This document shows positions 26,005 through 36,278 of a DNA stretch of 64,000 bases, piece by piece. Location of the stretch: the NCBI GenBank assembly GCA_016933415.1, contig JAFGAX010000024.1, forward strand, positions 6,861 through 70,860, written 5' to 3'. This stretch comes from a bacterium (GTDB lineage: Bacteria > Zhuqueibacterota > QNDG01 > DTFT01). A program made the position numbers and the translations under genes. The stretch's first letter is position 1. Every line of letters starts with the position of its first letter. Under the pieces are notes generated by a model. It was not told where the DNA came from, did not search any database, and saw only the letters and a program-made list of their open reading frames with translations.

Positions 26005-27291
26005 ATGAGAAAGTTTTTTCCGATCCTTTGCGTCGTCGCGCTGGCGTTTTCAGGGGCCGCGGCCCAATCGTACGAGGATCTACTACTTCGCCAGACAACG
26101 ACGGCGTCGGACCAGGAGCTTCCCAAGCTATTCGAGGAAAAGGATCTGACGCAAGAGGCCTTGGACGAGTGGCAGAAAAAACGCGAAGTCAAACTGCGGG
26201 AGCGCATCGCTCAGGGAGACGCGCTGGAGAATGCACTCGATCCAAATCAATACCGGGTCGGACCGGGAGACGTGTTTCAATTCAACGTCTGGGGGGTCAT
26301 GCAAAGTCAGGTTCCCCTGGCCGTCAATCCAGAAGGGAAATTGGCGGTTCCCTCGGTGGGTGAGATCGAGGTCAGCGGGAGAACTCTGGCGGAGGCCAAG
26401 GCGCTCGTTTTGGAGAAGGCGGCTCCCCTCTACGCCAACAGTCGGATTTCCGTTTCCCTGGCCGCCCTGCGGTTTTTCCGCGTTCATATCATCGGCGAGG
26501 TGAAATTCCCCGGCACTTACATGGCGCAGGCCGTTGACCGCGTGACGGAACTGATCGCAGAGGCAGGCGGCATGACCAACTGGGCCTGGCCGCGTGAAAT
26601 CGAAATCCGGCACGATCAGGGCGACACCACCATCTATGATTATTCTGCATTCGAACGGGAGGGGGATCTTTCCAGAGTGCCTTTTGTGAACGGCGGGGAC
26701 GTGATCTTCGTGCCCTCCGTCGATCTTCAGAAGTCGGTCGTGACCGTTCAGTGTGACATAAAAAGCGGAGGGTTGTACCAGATATCCGCCGGTGAGGATC
26801 TGATGCCGTTCCTCCTTCGAATCAGGGTTGTCAATAACAACACCGATGTTTCGGGGATCACCGTCGTCCGGAAATCGGGGAATAAAGGCAGGGATTCGCT
26901 GCTCAAACCGTTCTTGAGCGGAGGCGAGTCTCCCCGGACGTTCCCCCTGAGGAATCAGGACCGTATCATCATTCCTTCGGGTTATGTGTATGTCCGCGGC
27001 GCCTGCCGGAATCCCGGCGCCTATCCTTTCGTCATGAATTTGACGGCCAAGGATTATGCGGGCATGGCTGGCGCAGATTATCAATCGGGAGGGATGAGGG
27101 GCCTCAAGGTGTACAAACCCTCGACCGGAAAGACTTTGAGAGGCGCCTCAACCCCCGTACAGGCGGGGGACGTCGTGGAAGTGTCGCAATCTCTTGGGAA
27201 CAAGCTCAGGGATTACGGCCCCATCCTTTCAGCGTTCGGCACCATGTTGATGGCCGGTTATTACATCGGCGTATTCGGCGACAAGAAATGA
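26005..27291 (+). CDS. Polysaccharide export protein (Wza-like, Poly_export + SLBB domains)
   Basis: Signal peptide MRKFFPILCVVALAFSGAAAQ, then YRVGPGDVFQFNVWG and SLBB-like repeats. Confidence 0.8.
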   Translation: MRKFFPILCVVALAFSGAAAQSYEDLLLRQTTTASDQELPKLFEEKDLTQEALDEWQKKREVKLRERIAQGDALENALDPNQYRVGPGDVFQFNVWGVMQSQVPLAVNPEGKLAVPSVGEIEVSGRTLAEAKALVLEKAAPLYANSRISVSLAALRFFRVHIIGEVKFPGTYMAQAVDRVTELIAEAGGMTNWAWPREIEIRHDQGDTTIYDYSAFEREGDLSRVPFVNGGDVIFVPSVDLQKSVVTVQCDIKSGGLYQISAGEDLMPFLLRIRVVNNNTDVSGITVVRKSGNKGRDSLLKPFLSGGESPRTFPLRNQDRIIIPSGYVYVRGACRNPGAYPFVMNLTAKDYAGMAGADYQSGGMRGLKVYKPSTGKTLRGASTPVQAGDVVEVSQSLGNKLRDYGPILSAFGTMLMAGYYIGVFGDKK

Positions 27292-27310
27292 TTAGATTGT
27301 GGGATGAGAA

Positions 27311-28522
27311 ATGAGCCAGAAAATGCATCAGTGGATCGATTTTCTTGACATCCTGATGCGGCACAAAAAGCTGCTGCTGGTCAACTTTCTGGTGGTTAGC
27401 ATCCTGGCCGCCGCATTCAGCCTGATTCTTCCGAAAGTGTACCGTGCGCAGACGACGATTCTGCCCCCGGCCGAAGAAGGGGACGCGCTGGGCCTTTCGT
27501 CTCTCATCAGCAAGATGCCGCTCAGCGGTTTCGGGATCAATCTCGGAGGTGTATCCGAAGAAACCTATTCCATTCTCGCCGTCCTGAAAAGCCGAACCCT
27601 CATGGAATCCACCGCCCGCCGTTTCGATCTGGTCAAACGATACAAAGCGGAAGACATGGAGTACACGGTCAAGAAGTTGCGGGAGAATGTTTCCGTCAAG
27701 GTCAACGACGAGGGGACCGTCACCATCGCGGTTAAATGCGGCACTTCAATGGCGCCGAACAAGGCGAAAACCGAGGACGCCCAGAGGACTTCGATGGAGA
27801 TGGCCAATTTTCTTGTCGCCGAGTTGGACCGGTTGAACAAGGGATTGAAGACGGAAAGGGCGCGTCATTTCCGCGGATTCATCGAAAAAAGATACATCCA
27901 GAACAGGGAGGATCTTCGCAACGCGGAGGAGGCGCTGAAACGGTTTCAGCAGTCGAAGGGGGCCTTTTCCCTTCCGGACCAGGTCGCGGCCGAGATCGCG
28001 GCCACCTCCAAAATCCGGGCCGAAATCATGGCGAAAGAAATGGAAGCCGGAATGCTCGAGCAGTTCTTCTCGTCCGGTCATCCGGAGGCGCTTAAGACCC
28101 GCGCTGTATTGCGCGAACTCAACAGGAAATACGGGGAAATAATCCAGGGGAACGGCGGTTCAGGGGGGCGGACACAGAACGATCTGATGCTGCCCATGAA
28201 AGATCTTCCCGATCTGGGTATACAGTACGCACGGCTTTACCGGGAAGTCATGCTTCAGGAAAAATTGATGGAATTCATTCTGCCGCAGTACGAACAGGCG
28301 AAAATTCAGGAGGCGAGAAATACACCCACCGTCCAGGTGCTGGATGAGGCTGTAATTCCAGTAAAACGGATCAAACCCAAACGGGCTTTCTTCGTCCTGC
28401 AGTGGGCGGCGATCAGCTTGTTCATCAGCGTGTCCGTGATCCTGATCCGGGAATACCTGGAACGGTTGAGAAAAACGGACAACCGGCAGTACGGAAAACT
28501 TATCGGCCTATTCCGTCCGTAG
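27311..28522 (+). CDS. Wzz/GumC-type chain-length determinant (no kinase domain)
   Basis: N- and C-terminal TM helices flank a coiled-coil periplasmic region. No Walker A tyrosine-kinase module is present. Confidence 0.75.
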   Translation: MSQKMHQWIDFLDILMRHKKLLLVNFLVVSILAAAFSLILPKVYRAQTTILPPAEEGDALGLSSLISKMPLSGFGINLGGVSEETYSILAVLKSRTLMESTARRFDLVKRYKAEDMEYTVKKLRENVSVKVNDEGTVTIAVKCGTSMAPNKAKTEDAQRTSMEMANFLVAELDRLNKGLKTERARHFRGFIEKRYIQNREDLRNAEEALKRFQQSKGAFSLPDQVAAEIAATSKIRAEIMAKEMEAGMLEQFFSSGHPEALKTRAVLRELNRKYGEIIQGNGGSGGRTQNDLMLPMKDLPDLGIQYARLYREVMLQEKLMEFILPQYEQAKIQEARNTPTVQVLDEAVIPVKRIKPKRAFFVLQWAAISLFISVSVILIREYLERLRKTDNRQYGKLIGLFRP

Positions 28523-28550
28523 TGCGGCCAGGGGTCCGGCCAGTTCACAC

Positions 28551-29996
28551 ATGCATACACCATCTCATACTCTTCTGGCCCCCGTCGATCCATTCGACCG
28601 GATTGGACGCTGGCTCGCGCCCGCCGCCATCCTGGGGATGGATTTGTTCTGTGTCTTCGTGTACATGAAATTCGCCAGCCTGACCGCGGTTTTCGGCATT
28701 ATTGCTTTCCTTCTTTTAGTCTTCCTGATCTCCTTCTCCGCGAGGAATTCCCTGATCGCGTTGTTTTCCCTGGCATCTATGATTCCCGTCTATTCCTGGG
28801 GAAGCCGGTACAAATTTTTCAGGGGAATCTCCTATCATGACATATTGGTCTATATTTTCCTGTCGCTGATCATCGTCTGGGCGCTGTTCGATCGTCTTTC
28901 CGGCGAACGCCGGGAAACGGGCCGATGGTCCGCGATGGAGATCAATCTGATCCTGTTTCTGGTCTATGTCGTGCTGATGATGTTGCGCGGGCTGGTACAA
29001 AATGGAAATGGTCAGATCATTTACAACGAGACGCATCATCTACTGCTGTATTCGTTTTTCTTCGTCTATGCGCGGCTGCTGAGCGACCGGGATATAAGGG
29101 TGCTGCTGTACTCAATTCCCTTCATCACATTCATTGTATCCGTCGAATTCATGCTTCTGGTCGCTTCAGAGGGCGGCTTCTCAAGCGTTTTCGTCAAACG
29201 CATCATCACTCAGCAGCCCCATCTTGCCCAAGCCGCAGTCCCCCTTCTGCTGGCGACTTTTCTGCTCCCCAGGAAAAGCATTCGACTCTGGGCTCTGACC
29301 GCGCTCATCCCGACCGCCGCCATGGTTTTCTTCTGCCAGCAGAGGGGATTATGGGTGGGGATTTTTCTGGCCACTGTCCTGGTGGTGATATTCACGGTTC
29401 TGAAGAACCGGTTCACCCTGCTACGCGTTCTGAAGATCATCTCGGTGCTCGTTCTTATTCTGGCTCTGCTTGTGGCCATTCTGCTGGTGGTCGATCGGCT
29501 GGTCACCGGATCCGTATTTCTGACGCTGTTTCAGCGTCTTTTCTCCCTGACAACGGTTGGTACAGACGCATCGATGAGCATCCGCATGTCCGAAATCGGC
29601 AGGGCTCTCGATCAGTGGGACGACAACATCATCACCATCGTGTTCGGAACGGGACTCGGCTCCGAATACGAAACGGTCGACATGAGCCGGACGTACGGGT
29701 ACTCGGTCGACAATTCGTTCGCCTATCTCCTTTGGAAGACGGGCTTGGTCGGGCTTATGCTTTTCGTTTTTCTCTATGCCCGGGCGATCGTCCAGGGATT
29801 CTCGCTGCTCCGGCTCGAATTACCGGCGGAGGATCGATACGTCGCCTCCGCCCTGACGGCCGCGTTGATCGGTCTGTGCTTCATTGCCTTCACCAATGCA
29901 TGTATCGTGAGTTACCGGTTCATCATGATCTGGAGCCTCATGATCTGCGCGCTGAATCGGATCCACACCGTTCATCTGTCCTCCAGGCGGTCTTAA
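28551..29996 (+). CDS. O-antigen polymerase/ligase-family membrane protein (Wzy-like)
   Basis: About 11 hydrophobic segments with a large loop before the last helices. The start is uncertain (ATG at 28551 or 28638). Confidence 0.7.
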   Translation: MHTPSHTLLAPVDPFDRIGRWLAPAAILGMDLFCVFVYMKFASLTAVFGIIAFLLLVFLISFSARNSLIALFSLASMIPVYSWGSRYKFFRGISYHDILVYIFLSLIIVWALFDRLSGERRETGRWSAMEINLILFLVYVVLMMLRGLVQNGNGQIIYNETHHLLLYSFFFVYARLLSDRDIRVLLYSIPFITFIVSVEFMLLVASEGGFSSVFVKRIITQQPHLAQAAVPLLLATFLLPRKSIRLWALTALIPTAAMVFFCQQRGLWVGIFLATVLVVIFTVLKNRFTLLRVLKIISVLVLILALLVAILLVVDRLVTGSVFLTLFQRLFSLTTVGTDASMSIRMSEIGRALDQWDDNIITIVFGTGLGSEYETVDMSRTYGYSVDNSFAYLLWKTGLVGLMLFVFLYARAIVQGFSLLRLELPAEDRYVASALTAALIGLCFIAFTNACIVSYRFIMIWSLMICALNRIHTVHLSSRRS

Positions 29997-30097
29997 GCCA
30001 TGATCCTGAATCGGATAAGATCCCGCGCATCGCGGTTGCGGGACCACCTGAGGATGAGGATGCAACTCATGTTGTATCTATGGCGTGTCCGGATGCG

Positions 30098-31339
30098 ATG
30101 AGAAAGATACTGATATTGACCGATCAATTTCCGCCGCGGCAGGGCGGCGTTTCCATTTGGATGGAGAAACTCGCCCTGCTGCTGGGCGTTTCGAATGAAG
30201 TGATCGTCGCGGACCTGTCGGAATCCGTCGAAGGCCGAGGGCGGGACGCACGCGGGCCGACCGCCGAGATTTATGCCGGATGTTCATACCGCTCGATCCA
30301 AGAGACCGTCCGAACGGCTGAGCGCGCGACTGTCCCTCCGCGGAAAGGCGGATTCACTTCCGTTCTCAAGCTGTTTCTTCTGATGCGGCCCGAGGAGCTG
30401 GCGAAACTTTTCTTTGTGCTGAGGCTCATCCGCGCCCGACGTCTTGGCCCGAGGGACTGGGTGATCGTCAGCGATCCGGCGCCCATGGGGTATTCCGCCG
30501 TTTTCGCCCGGTTTCTGTTGGGAATTCCCTTCGCTGCCGTCTGCCACGGAGGCGAGGTGCTCTACCATCGGTCCCGCCGGATCGAATCAGTCAAGCTGTC
30601 GGCCGTACTCAAGGAGGCGGATATTCTCATCGCCAACAGCCGGTTCACGCAGAGGCTGCTCGTTGATGCCGGCTGCGAGCCGGACAATATCCGCGTCGTT
30701 CATCCGGGTGTCGATGTCCGGCATTTCCGCCCCGGGCCGAAAGACCTGCGGCTGATCAGGGAGTTGGGCATCAAAAACCGGACCGTTCTGCTTACGGTGG
30801 CGCATCTGGTCGAACACAAGAATCATTCGGGCGTGCTGGCTGTCATGGCCGCACTGATCGGGAAGTACCGGAATCTGCATTACCTCATCATGGGAAACGG
30901 ACCGACTGGCGAGCGGATCAAAACGGAAGCACGCCGCCTGGGTCTAGAGGGTCGCGTGACCTTTCTTCGACAGGTTTCATACGCCGATCTACCACGGTAT
31001 TACCGGCTTTGCGACGTCTACATCATGCTGAGCCGGCAGATGGCGCTTAGCGTCGAAGGATTCGGCATCGCCTTTCTGGAAGCCGGCGCCTGCGGGAAAC
31101 CGTCAATCGGCATGGCGGCGGGCGGCATCGCGGACGCCGTGGAGCACGGTCGTTCAGGTTTCCTCGTCCGGGACATCCAAGACGCCGTTGAAAAGACCGA
31201 CCGGCTGCTCGCGGACGGCGATTTGCGCCGCAGGATGGGGCGATTTGCGCGCAGACGATGCGAGGGCCGGTTCACCTGGGACGACTGCATCAGGCGGGTT
31301 GAGGAGGGGCTGATCCCGGAACAGCCGTCCGGTCGCTGA
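30098..31339 (+). CDS. Glycosyltransferase family 4
   Basis: The in-frame ATG at 30098 gives MRKILILTDQFPPRQGGV. The C-terminal region has the EGFGIAFLEAGACGKPSI (E-x7-E region). The upstream 391 codons of the 804-aa track ORF overlap the Wzy-like gene in another frame. Confidence 0.85.
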   Translation: MRKILILTDQFPPRQGGVSIWMEKLALLLGVSNEVIVADLSESVEGRGRDARGPTAEIYAGCSYRSIQETVRTAERATVPPRKGGFTSVLKLFLLMRPEELAKLFFVLRLIRARRLGPRDWVIVSDPAPMGYSAVFARFLLGIPFAAVCHGGEVLYHRSRRIESVKLSAVLKEADILIANSRFTQRLLVDAGCEPDNIRVVHPGVDVRHFRPGPKDLRLIRELGIKNRTVLLTVAHLVEHKNHSGVLAVMAALIGKYRNLHYLIMGNGPTGERIKTEARRLGLEGRVTFLRQVSYADLPRYYRLCDVYIMLSRQMALSVEGFGIAFLEAGACGKPSIGMAAGGIADAVEHGRSGFLVRDIQDAVEKTDRLLADGDLRRRMGRFARRRCEGRFTWDDCIRRVEEGLIPEQPSGR

Positions 31340-31342
31340 ATC

Positions 31343-32650
31343 ATGCCGAACTACACAAAAAAAATCGTACAGCACAGCCTGATTTTCGGGAGTGGGGAGA
31401 TTCTCTCCCGACTGGTCGGATTCATTCTGATCCCGCTGTATACGCATTATCTGCCGCAGGATCGGTATGGGGCGCTTCAGATTTTCTTGATCACATCGAA
31501 CCTCATCGGTATTCTTCTGCAGATGGGTATCGGTTCGGCGATTTTCAAATCCGTCATCTATGACAAAAACCGTGACAATCGGATCAAATACAGCACGGCC
31601 CTCAACTTTCTGCTTCTGTCCGGGCTGGCCGCCATCACAGTATTCCAATTGCTCTCGAGCCGGCTGTCGATTCTGCTTTTCCAGTCCGCGGAATACCAGA
31701 CGGAAATCCGAATCATCCTGGCGACTGTATTTTTCCGGAACATCTCCGTCATCCCTCTTTCGAAACTGAGGATTGAAGGGAAGACTCCGACTTATTCACT
31801 CCTTTCCTTTTTCCGTTTTATGGTCCAGTTGGGATTGAATATTCTGTTCGTGGCGAAACTCGGATATGGAATCAGGGGTATTCTGACGGCCGAACTGATC
31901 GCCTATGCCGCTTTCATCCCCCTGTACTTTGGAATCCTGAGGAAGCAGTACGAATTTCGCATGCATCTGGCTGAACTGAAAGAGGTTCTTCATTTCGGCG
32001 TTCCACTTATTCCGGCGGCGGTCTCCATGTTTCTGCTGAACATGTCTAGCCAGTATTTTTTACAGCACTATTCCGGCCTGGAGAATGTGGCCATCTACGC
32101 TCTTGCCTACCGGTTCGCGATGATCATTTCGCTCATGGTGGCGGCGTTTCAGTTCACCTGGGCGTCTCAAATGTTCGAAATCGCCCGGGAGGAGAACGCC
32201 CGTGACATTTTTTCCAAGAATTTCACGCGATTCTACGGCGCGATCACCCTGGTCTGCATTCTGCTCAACCTTCTCGTGCGACCGCTGATCCGTACGATGG
32301 CTACGCCCGAATATCTGGAGGCCGCCCGGATCGTGCCGATTCTGAACCTGTCCTACCTGTTTTTTGGCGTCTTTTATTACTCTTCGATCGGGATCAATCT
32401 GAAGAAAAAGACGGTTTACCAGAGTTTATACGCAGTCATCGGCGCCATCGTCAATCTCGGACTCAACCTGTGGATGGTTCCGCGTCATGGGGTCATGGGC
32501 GCGGCGGCGGCCAACGCGATCTCGTTTTTCGTCATGGCCGCGCTGACGCTGATCAAATCGGAGCGCCTGTATCCCATCGGATATCAAAAAAAGCGGATTC
32601 TCCTCATCTCCGCCGTTTACATCGCTCAGCTTGTCTTTTTATATCATTGA
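31343..32650 (+). CDS. wzx: Oligosaccharide flippase (MOP/Wzx family)
   Basis: 435 aa with about 12 TM segments and a typical Wzx N-terminus (SLIFGSGEILSRLVGFILIPLYT). Confidence 0.85.
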   Translation: MPNYTKKIVQHSLIFGSGEILSRLVGFILIPLYTHYLPQDRYGALQIFLITSNLIGILLQMGIGSAIFKSVIYDKNRDNRIKYSTALNFLLLSGLAAITVFQLLSSRLSILLFQSAEYQTEIRIILATVFFRNISVIPLSKLRIEGKTPTYSLLSFFRFMVQLGLNILFVAKLGYGIRGILTAELIAYAAFIPLYFGILRKQYEFRMHLAELKEVLHFGVPLIPAAVSMFLLNMSSQYFLQHYSGLENVAIYALAYRFAMIISLMVAAFQFTWASQMFEIAREENARDIFSKNFTRFYGAITLVCILLNLLVRPLIRTMATPEYLEAARIVPILNLSYLFFGVFYYSSIGINLKKKTVYQSLYAVIGAIVNLGLNLWMVPRHGVMGAAAANAISFFVMAALTLIKSERLYPIGYQKKRILLISAVYIAQLVFLYH

Positions 32651-32662
32651 CGGGACCCATCT

Positions 32663-33889
32663 ATGCGTATCTGTATGATTCTGGATCATCATTTTCCGCC
32701 CGACATCCGGATCGAAAAGGAGGCGCGGTCTCTCGCTGCAGCGGGTCACACGATCACGCTGATGTGCCGGAACCGGGGCGACCAGCCGGAGTCAGAAACC
32801 ATCGGCGGCATCCGCGTGAACCGTATTCGCTACACACCTCCGAAGTTCCTGGGGGGGTATTCGCTGTCCTACCATCTGCGATTCGTGGACCTCGTGTGGG
32901 AAAAGGCCCTGGAGAAAGGTCTCGAGGAACATCCGGCGGATGCGCTTCACGTGCATGACCTGCCCATGGTGAAGACCTGCCTCCGGATCGGGCGAAGACG
33001 AAAGATCCGAGTGGTGTTTGACATGCATGAGAACTGGCCAGAAGAACTGATTCAAGGGAGGAAACCAAGAGAAGACAATTCCTGGGTCAGGATGAGGGAC
33101 CGCATCCGAAATTTCGTTCTTTTCAACAATCGGCGTTACGTCCGTCTTGAAAAAGAGGTGATTCGGAAAGCGGACCGCATCATTGTGGTCGTCGACGAAA
33201 TGAAAGATCGACTGACGTCTCTCGGAATCGATCCTTTGAAAATCACCGTGGTGATGAACACTTCGCCCGGGGATACGGCGTTCTCGATAGATCCGGCAGG
33301 AACGGATTTCCCCGAATGGACAGGTCGCTTTGTGGTCGCCTACGCGGGCGGTTTTCAATCCCTCCGCGGTCTGGACACGCTGGTTCGTGCGGCGGCTATC
33401 GCCCGGAAACGGATTCCGAACATCCTCCTCCTTCTGATGGGACAGGGGGACCAGGAAGCCCTCTTGAACCTGCAATGCCAGTCTCTGGATCTGGCGGGCC
33501 ACGCTGTTTTCACGGGCTGGATCCCGCTGGAGGAGATGATGCGGCGACTCCGGAGAAGTGACGTCTGTGTCATCCCGCACAGGGTGAATCCCCATACCGA
33601 CACCACGATCCCCCACAAGCTTTTCCAATATATGGCGCTCGCCAAGCCAGTGGTCGCCACACCGGTTGCCCCGATCCGGCGGATCGTCGAGGAAACCGAC
33701 TGCGGGATCGTCGTGCCGGACGGCTCCGCGGAGGAGATGGCGGAAGCCCTTGTCCGGCTGACCGACCGCCGACTGGCCGCCCGTCTCGGCGAAAACGGGA
33801 GGAAGGCGGTGGAGATCCGGTATCACTGGGAAGCGGATTCGAAAAAACTTGTGGAACTGTACGGGAGTCCGACCTTTGCGAAAAACTGA
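32663..33889 (+). CDS. Glycosyltransferase family 4
   Basis: N-terminus MRICMILDHHFPPDIRIEKEA. C-terminal GT-B motif PHKLFQYMALAKPVV. Confidence 0.85.
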   Translation: MRICMILDHHFPPDIRIEKEARSLAAAGHTITLMCRNRGDQPESETIGGIRVNRIRYTPPKFLGGYSLSYHLRFVDLVWEKALEKGLEEHPADALHVHDLPMVKTCLRIGRRRKIRVVFDMHENWPEELIQGRKPREDNSWVRMRDRIRNFVLFNNRRYVRLEKEVIRKADRIIVVVDEMKDRLTSLGIDPLKITVVMNTSPGDTAFSIDPAGTDFPEWTGRFVVAYAGGFQSLRGLDTLVRAAAIARKRIPNILLLLMGQGDQEALLNLQCQSLDLAGHAVFTGWIPLEEMMRRLRRSDVCVIPHRVNPHTDTTIPHKLFQYMALAKPVVATPVAPIRRIVEETDCGIVVPDGSAEEMAEALVRLTDRRLAARLGENGRKAVEIRYHWEADSKKLVELYGSPTFAKN

Positions 33890-33905
33890 ACCGAAGATCG
33901 TCTGC

Positions 33906-35120
33906 ATGCTCAGCATGACGGACTGGATCGATTCCGGCGTGCACAAGAAAGCCGTCTCGCTGAACCGGCACGGGTATCGAGTCAAGGTCTTCGTGCTTCA
34001 GAGCCGGACGCCGAAACCCGACCAGCGGCTGAATTCGTACGACGTCTTCCGGATCAGGCTCTGGCTCCGGAGACTGCTTCCCCGTCACCTGATCTTCTTC
34101 TTCTTCAAGTACCTCGAATTTCAATGGCGCTCGTTCCAGATGCTGAGCCGGCAGCGCTTCGATATCATGTACTGCAACGACCTGGAGACGCTGCCGGTCG
34201 GCGTCCTGCTGAAGCGGTTCCGCGGGGTCCGGCTGGTCTACGTCTCGGACGAGCTGAACACGGAAGTCACAGACCTGAATTCCCTGTCCAGGGGGATATG
34301 GAAGGTCGTCGAGACTTTCTGCATCCGGTCCGCGGACGCGGTCTTTACGGTGAATGAATCCATTTCGGTCTGGCTCGGCGATCAATACCGCATCCCCCGC
34401 CCGGAGATCCTCTACAACGTTCCCTACCGCCGCAGATCCCGCGGGAAGAGGAACCTGCGGAGGATGTTTGGGATTCCAGGGAACCACACGGTTCTTCTGT
34501 ATCAGGGCAGTATGCATCCCAGCAGGGGCGTGCCGACGCTCCTCCGGATCATGCCCCGAATCCCGGACGCGTCGCTGATCGTCATCGGGGATCAACGGCA
34601 GTTCACGGAACTCGTGAGGCGGACTCATACGGCGGTGCCCGAAAACGTCCATGTGATCGATTTCGTGCCCTATCCGGAGCTTCCGTCCTACACCGCTGGG
34701 GCCGATATCGGTCTCTATCTGCTTGAAAATAGCTGCCTGAATTACTACTATTCCCTTCCGAACAAACTGTTCGAGTTTTTGGCCGCGGGGCTTCCCGTCG
34801 TGCTGAGCGACTTTCCCGAACATAGGCGGATTGTGGCCGGATATCGATGCGGAATCCTGGTCAACGAAAAATCGGACGGGGACATCGTCCGTGCGATCCG
34901 GCGGCTGATGCAGGACAGACGCACCTACCTGGAAATGTCGCGGAATGCGAGAAGGATCACGCAGGAAACCTTCAACTGGGAGACACAGGAGAAGAACATG
35001 ATTACGGTTTTTAACCGGTTGAATGGAAGGGATTGCCGCAAGACCGGCCCATGGCGGTCGCTCCCGGCCCCGGGCGGGATGACGACTCTCAGTCATTCGA
35101 GAAAGCCCGCCACCTCATGA
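33906..35120 (+). CDS. Glycosyltransferase family 4
   Basis: GT-B C-terminal motif LPNKLFEFLAAGLPVV. The start is ambiguous: ATG 33906, or upstream TTG at 33876 or 33849, which would include the KIVCMLS first strand. Confidence 0.8.
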   Translation: MLSMTDWIDSGVHKKAVSLNRHGYRVKVFVLQSRTPKPDQRLNSYDVFRIRLWLRRLLPRHLIFFFFKYLEFQWRSFQMLSRQRFDIMYCNDLETLPVGVLLKRFRGVRLVYVSDELNTEVTDLNSLSRGIWKVVETFCIRSADAVFTVNESISVWLGDQYRIPRPEILYNVPYRRRSRGKRNLRRMFGIPGNHTVLLYQGSMHPSRGVPTLLRIMPRIPDASLIVIGDQRQFTELVRRTHTAVPENVHVIDFVPYPELPSYTAGADIGLYLLENSCLNYYYSLPNKLFEFLAAGLPVVLSDFPEHRRIVAGYRCGILVNEKSDGDIVRAIRRLMQDRRTYLEMSRNARRITQETFNWETQEKNMITVFNRLNGRDCRKTGPWRSLPAPGGMTTLSHSRKPATS

Positions 35121-36268
35121 ATATACTGATGATTACGAACGGCGGTTTTCCGCCGGACATCCGGATCGAAAAGGAGGCCGCCTGCCTCAGGCGGCGGCAC
35201 CGCATTTTCATCCTCGCTTCGGATAAAACCGGCCGGTCCGTCCGGGAAGAGACCTTGGAGGCCGTCCGCGTATTTCGGATCGCCGGCGGGGGAGGGACGA
35301 TCAGAAGCATTCCGTTTTTCATGAATCCCTTCTGGCTGGGGGAGGCCATTCATCTCATCCGGAGGTATAGAATCGACCGGCTTCACATACACGATCTGCC
35401 GCTCGCGTTCGTTGGCATGGCGGCGAGATGGTTGTTCCGGATGCCCGTGGCGATCGATCTGCACGAAAATTATCCGGAGGCGCTGAGGCTGTGGGGGAGC
35501 AAGGGCAGGATGTCCTTTTTGATCCGCAATCCTCGGCTGGCGCGGATCTACGAAAGATACGCCCTGAAGCTGTTCGATCCAATCCTGGTCGTTGACGAAA
35601 ATCACAAGCGGTTGCTGATCGAACATTCAAGCGTGCCGGAGACAAAGATAGCCGTAGTGCCGAATACGGTCTCCTGGAGGGAATTCACGCAATTGGCGGT
35701 GGATCCGAAAATCGTGCGGCGGTACGACGGCAAATACGTCGTCGCCTATGTCGGTAACTTCGGAGTCGAACGCGGTCTCGATATCGCCGTGCGGGGAATC
35801 CCCGGGATCATCCCGCATATTCCGAACCTGCGCTTGCTGTTGATCGGGGACGGACCGAACCGGACGGAACTGGAGGCGCTCGCAGACTCCCTGGGCGTCC
35901 GGAAACACGTGGAATTCACCGGGTGGGTCGACTTCCATTTGGTTCCGTCCTATCTGACGGCGAGCCGCATTTGCATCATACCTCAGCCCGGGAATGCATT
36001 GATCGACAATGGAATCCCCCACAAGATGTTTCAATACATGGCGCTGAAAAAACCGATCCTGGCCGCCGATTCCAGGGCCATCACCCGGGTCATCCGTGAA
36101 ACCGGCTGTGGCGCGACATTTGTTTCTGGATCGCCGGAGTCATTCACGGAAGCCCTTCTGTCGATACGGGGAGGCCGCAGCCTGTACGGTGAAAACGGCC
36201 GTCGGGCGGTGAGGGAGAAGTACAATTGGGAGAAGACCTCCGAAACTCTGCTGCAACTCTATCCATGA
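35117..36268 (+). CDS. Glycosyltransferase family 4
   Basis: The ATG at 35117 overlaps the upstream TGA (ATGA). N-terminus MNILMITNGGFPPDIRIEKEA, with C-terminal PHKMFQYMALKKPIL. Confidence 0.85.
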   Translation: MNILMITNGGFPPDIRIEKEAACLRRRHRIFILASDKTGRSVREETLEAVRVFRIAGGGGTIRSIPFFMNPFWLGEAIHLIRRYRIDRLHIHDLPLAFVGMAARWLFRMPVAIDLHENYPEALRLWGSKGRMSFLIRNPRLARIYERYALKLFDPILVVDENHKRLLIEHSSVPETKIAVVPNTVSWREFTQLAVDPKIVRRYDGKYVVAYVGNFGVERGLDIAVRGIPGIIPHIPNLRLLLIGDGPNRTELEALADSLGVRKHVEFTGWVDFHLVPSYLTASRICIIPQPGNALIDNGIPHKMFQYMALKKPILAADSRAITRVIRETGCGATFVSGSPESFTEALLSIRGGRSLYGENGRRAVREKYNWEKTSETLLQLYP

Positions 36269-36278
36269 AAGAACTCCC

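Noticed and set aside
28925-30097. N-terminal 391 codons of the 804-aa + strand ORF
   Set aside because: This part overlaps the Wzy-like membrane gene in a different frame and translates to R/G/S-rich low-complexity sequence. The recognisable GT4 begins at the internal ATG 30098 (MRKILILTDQF..).
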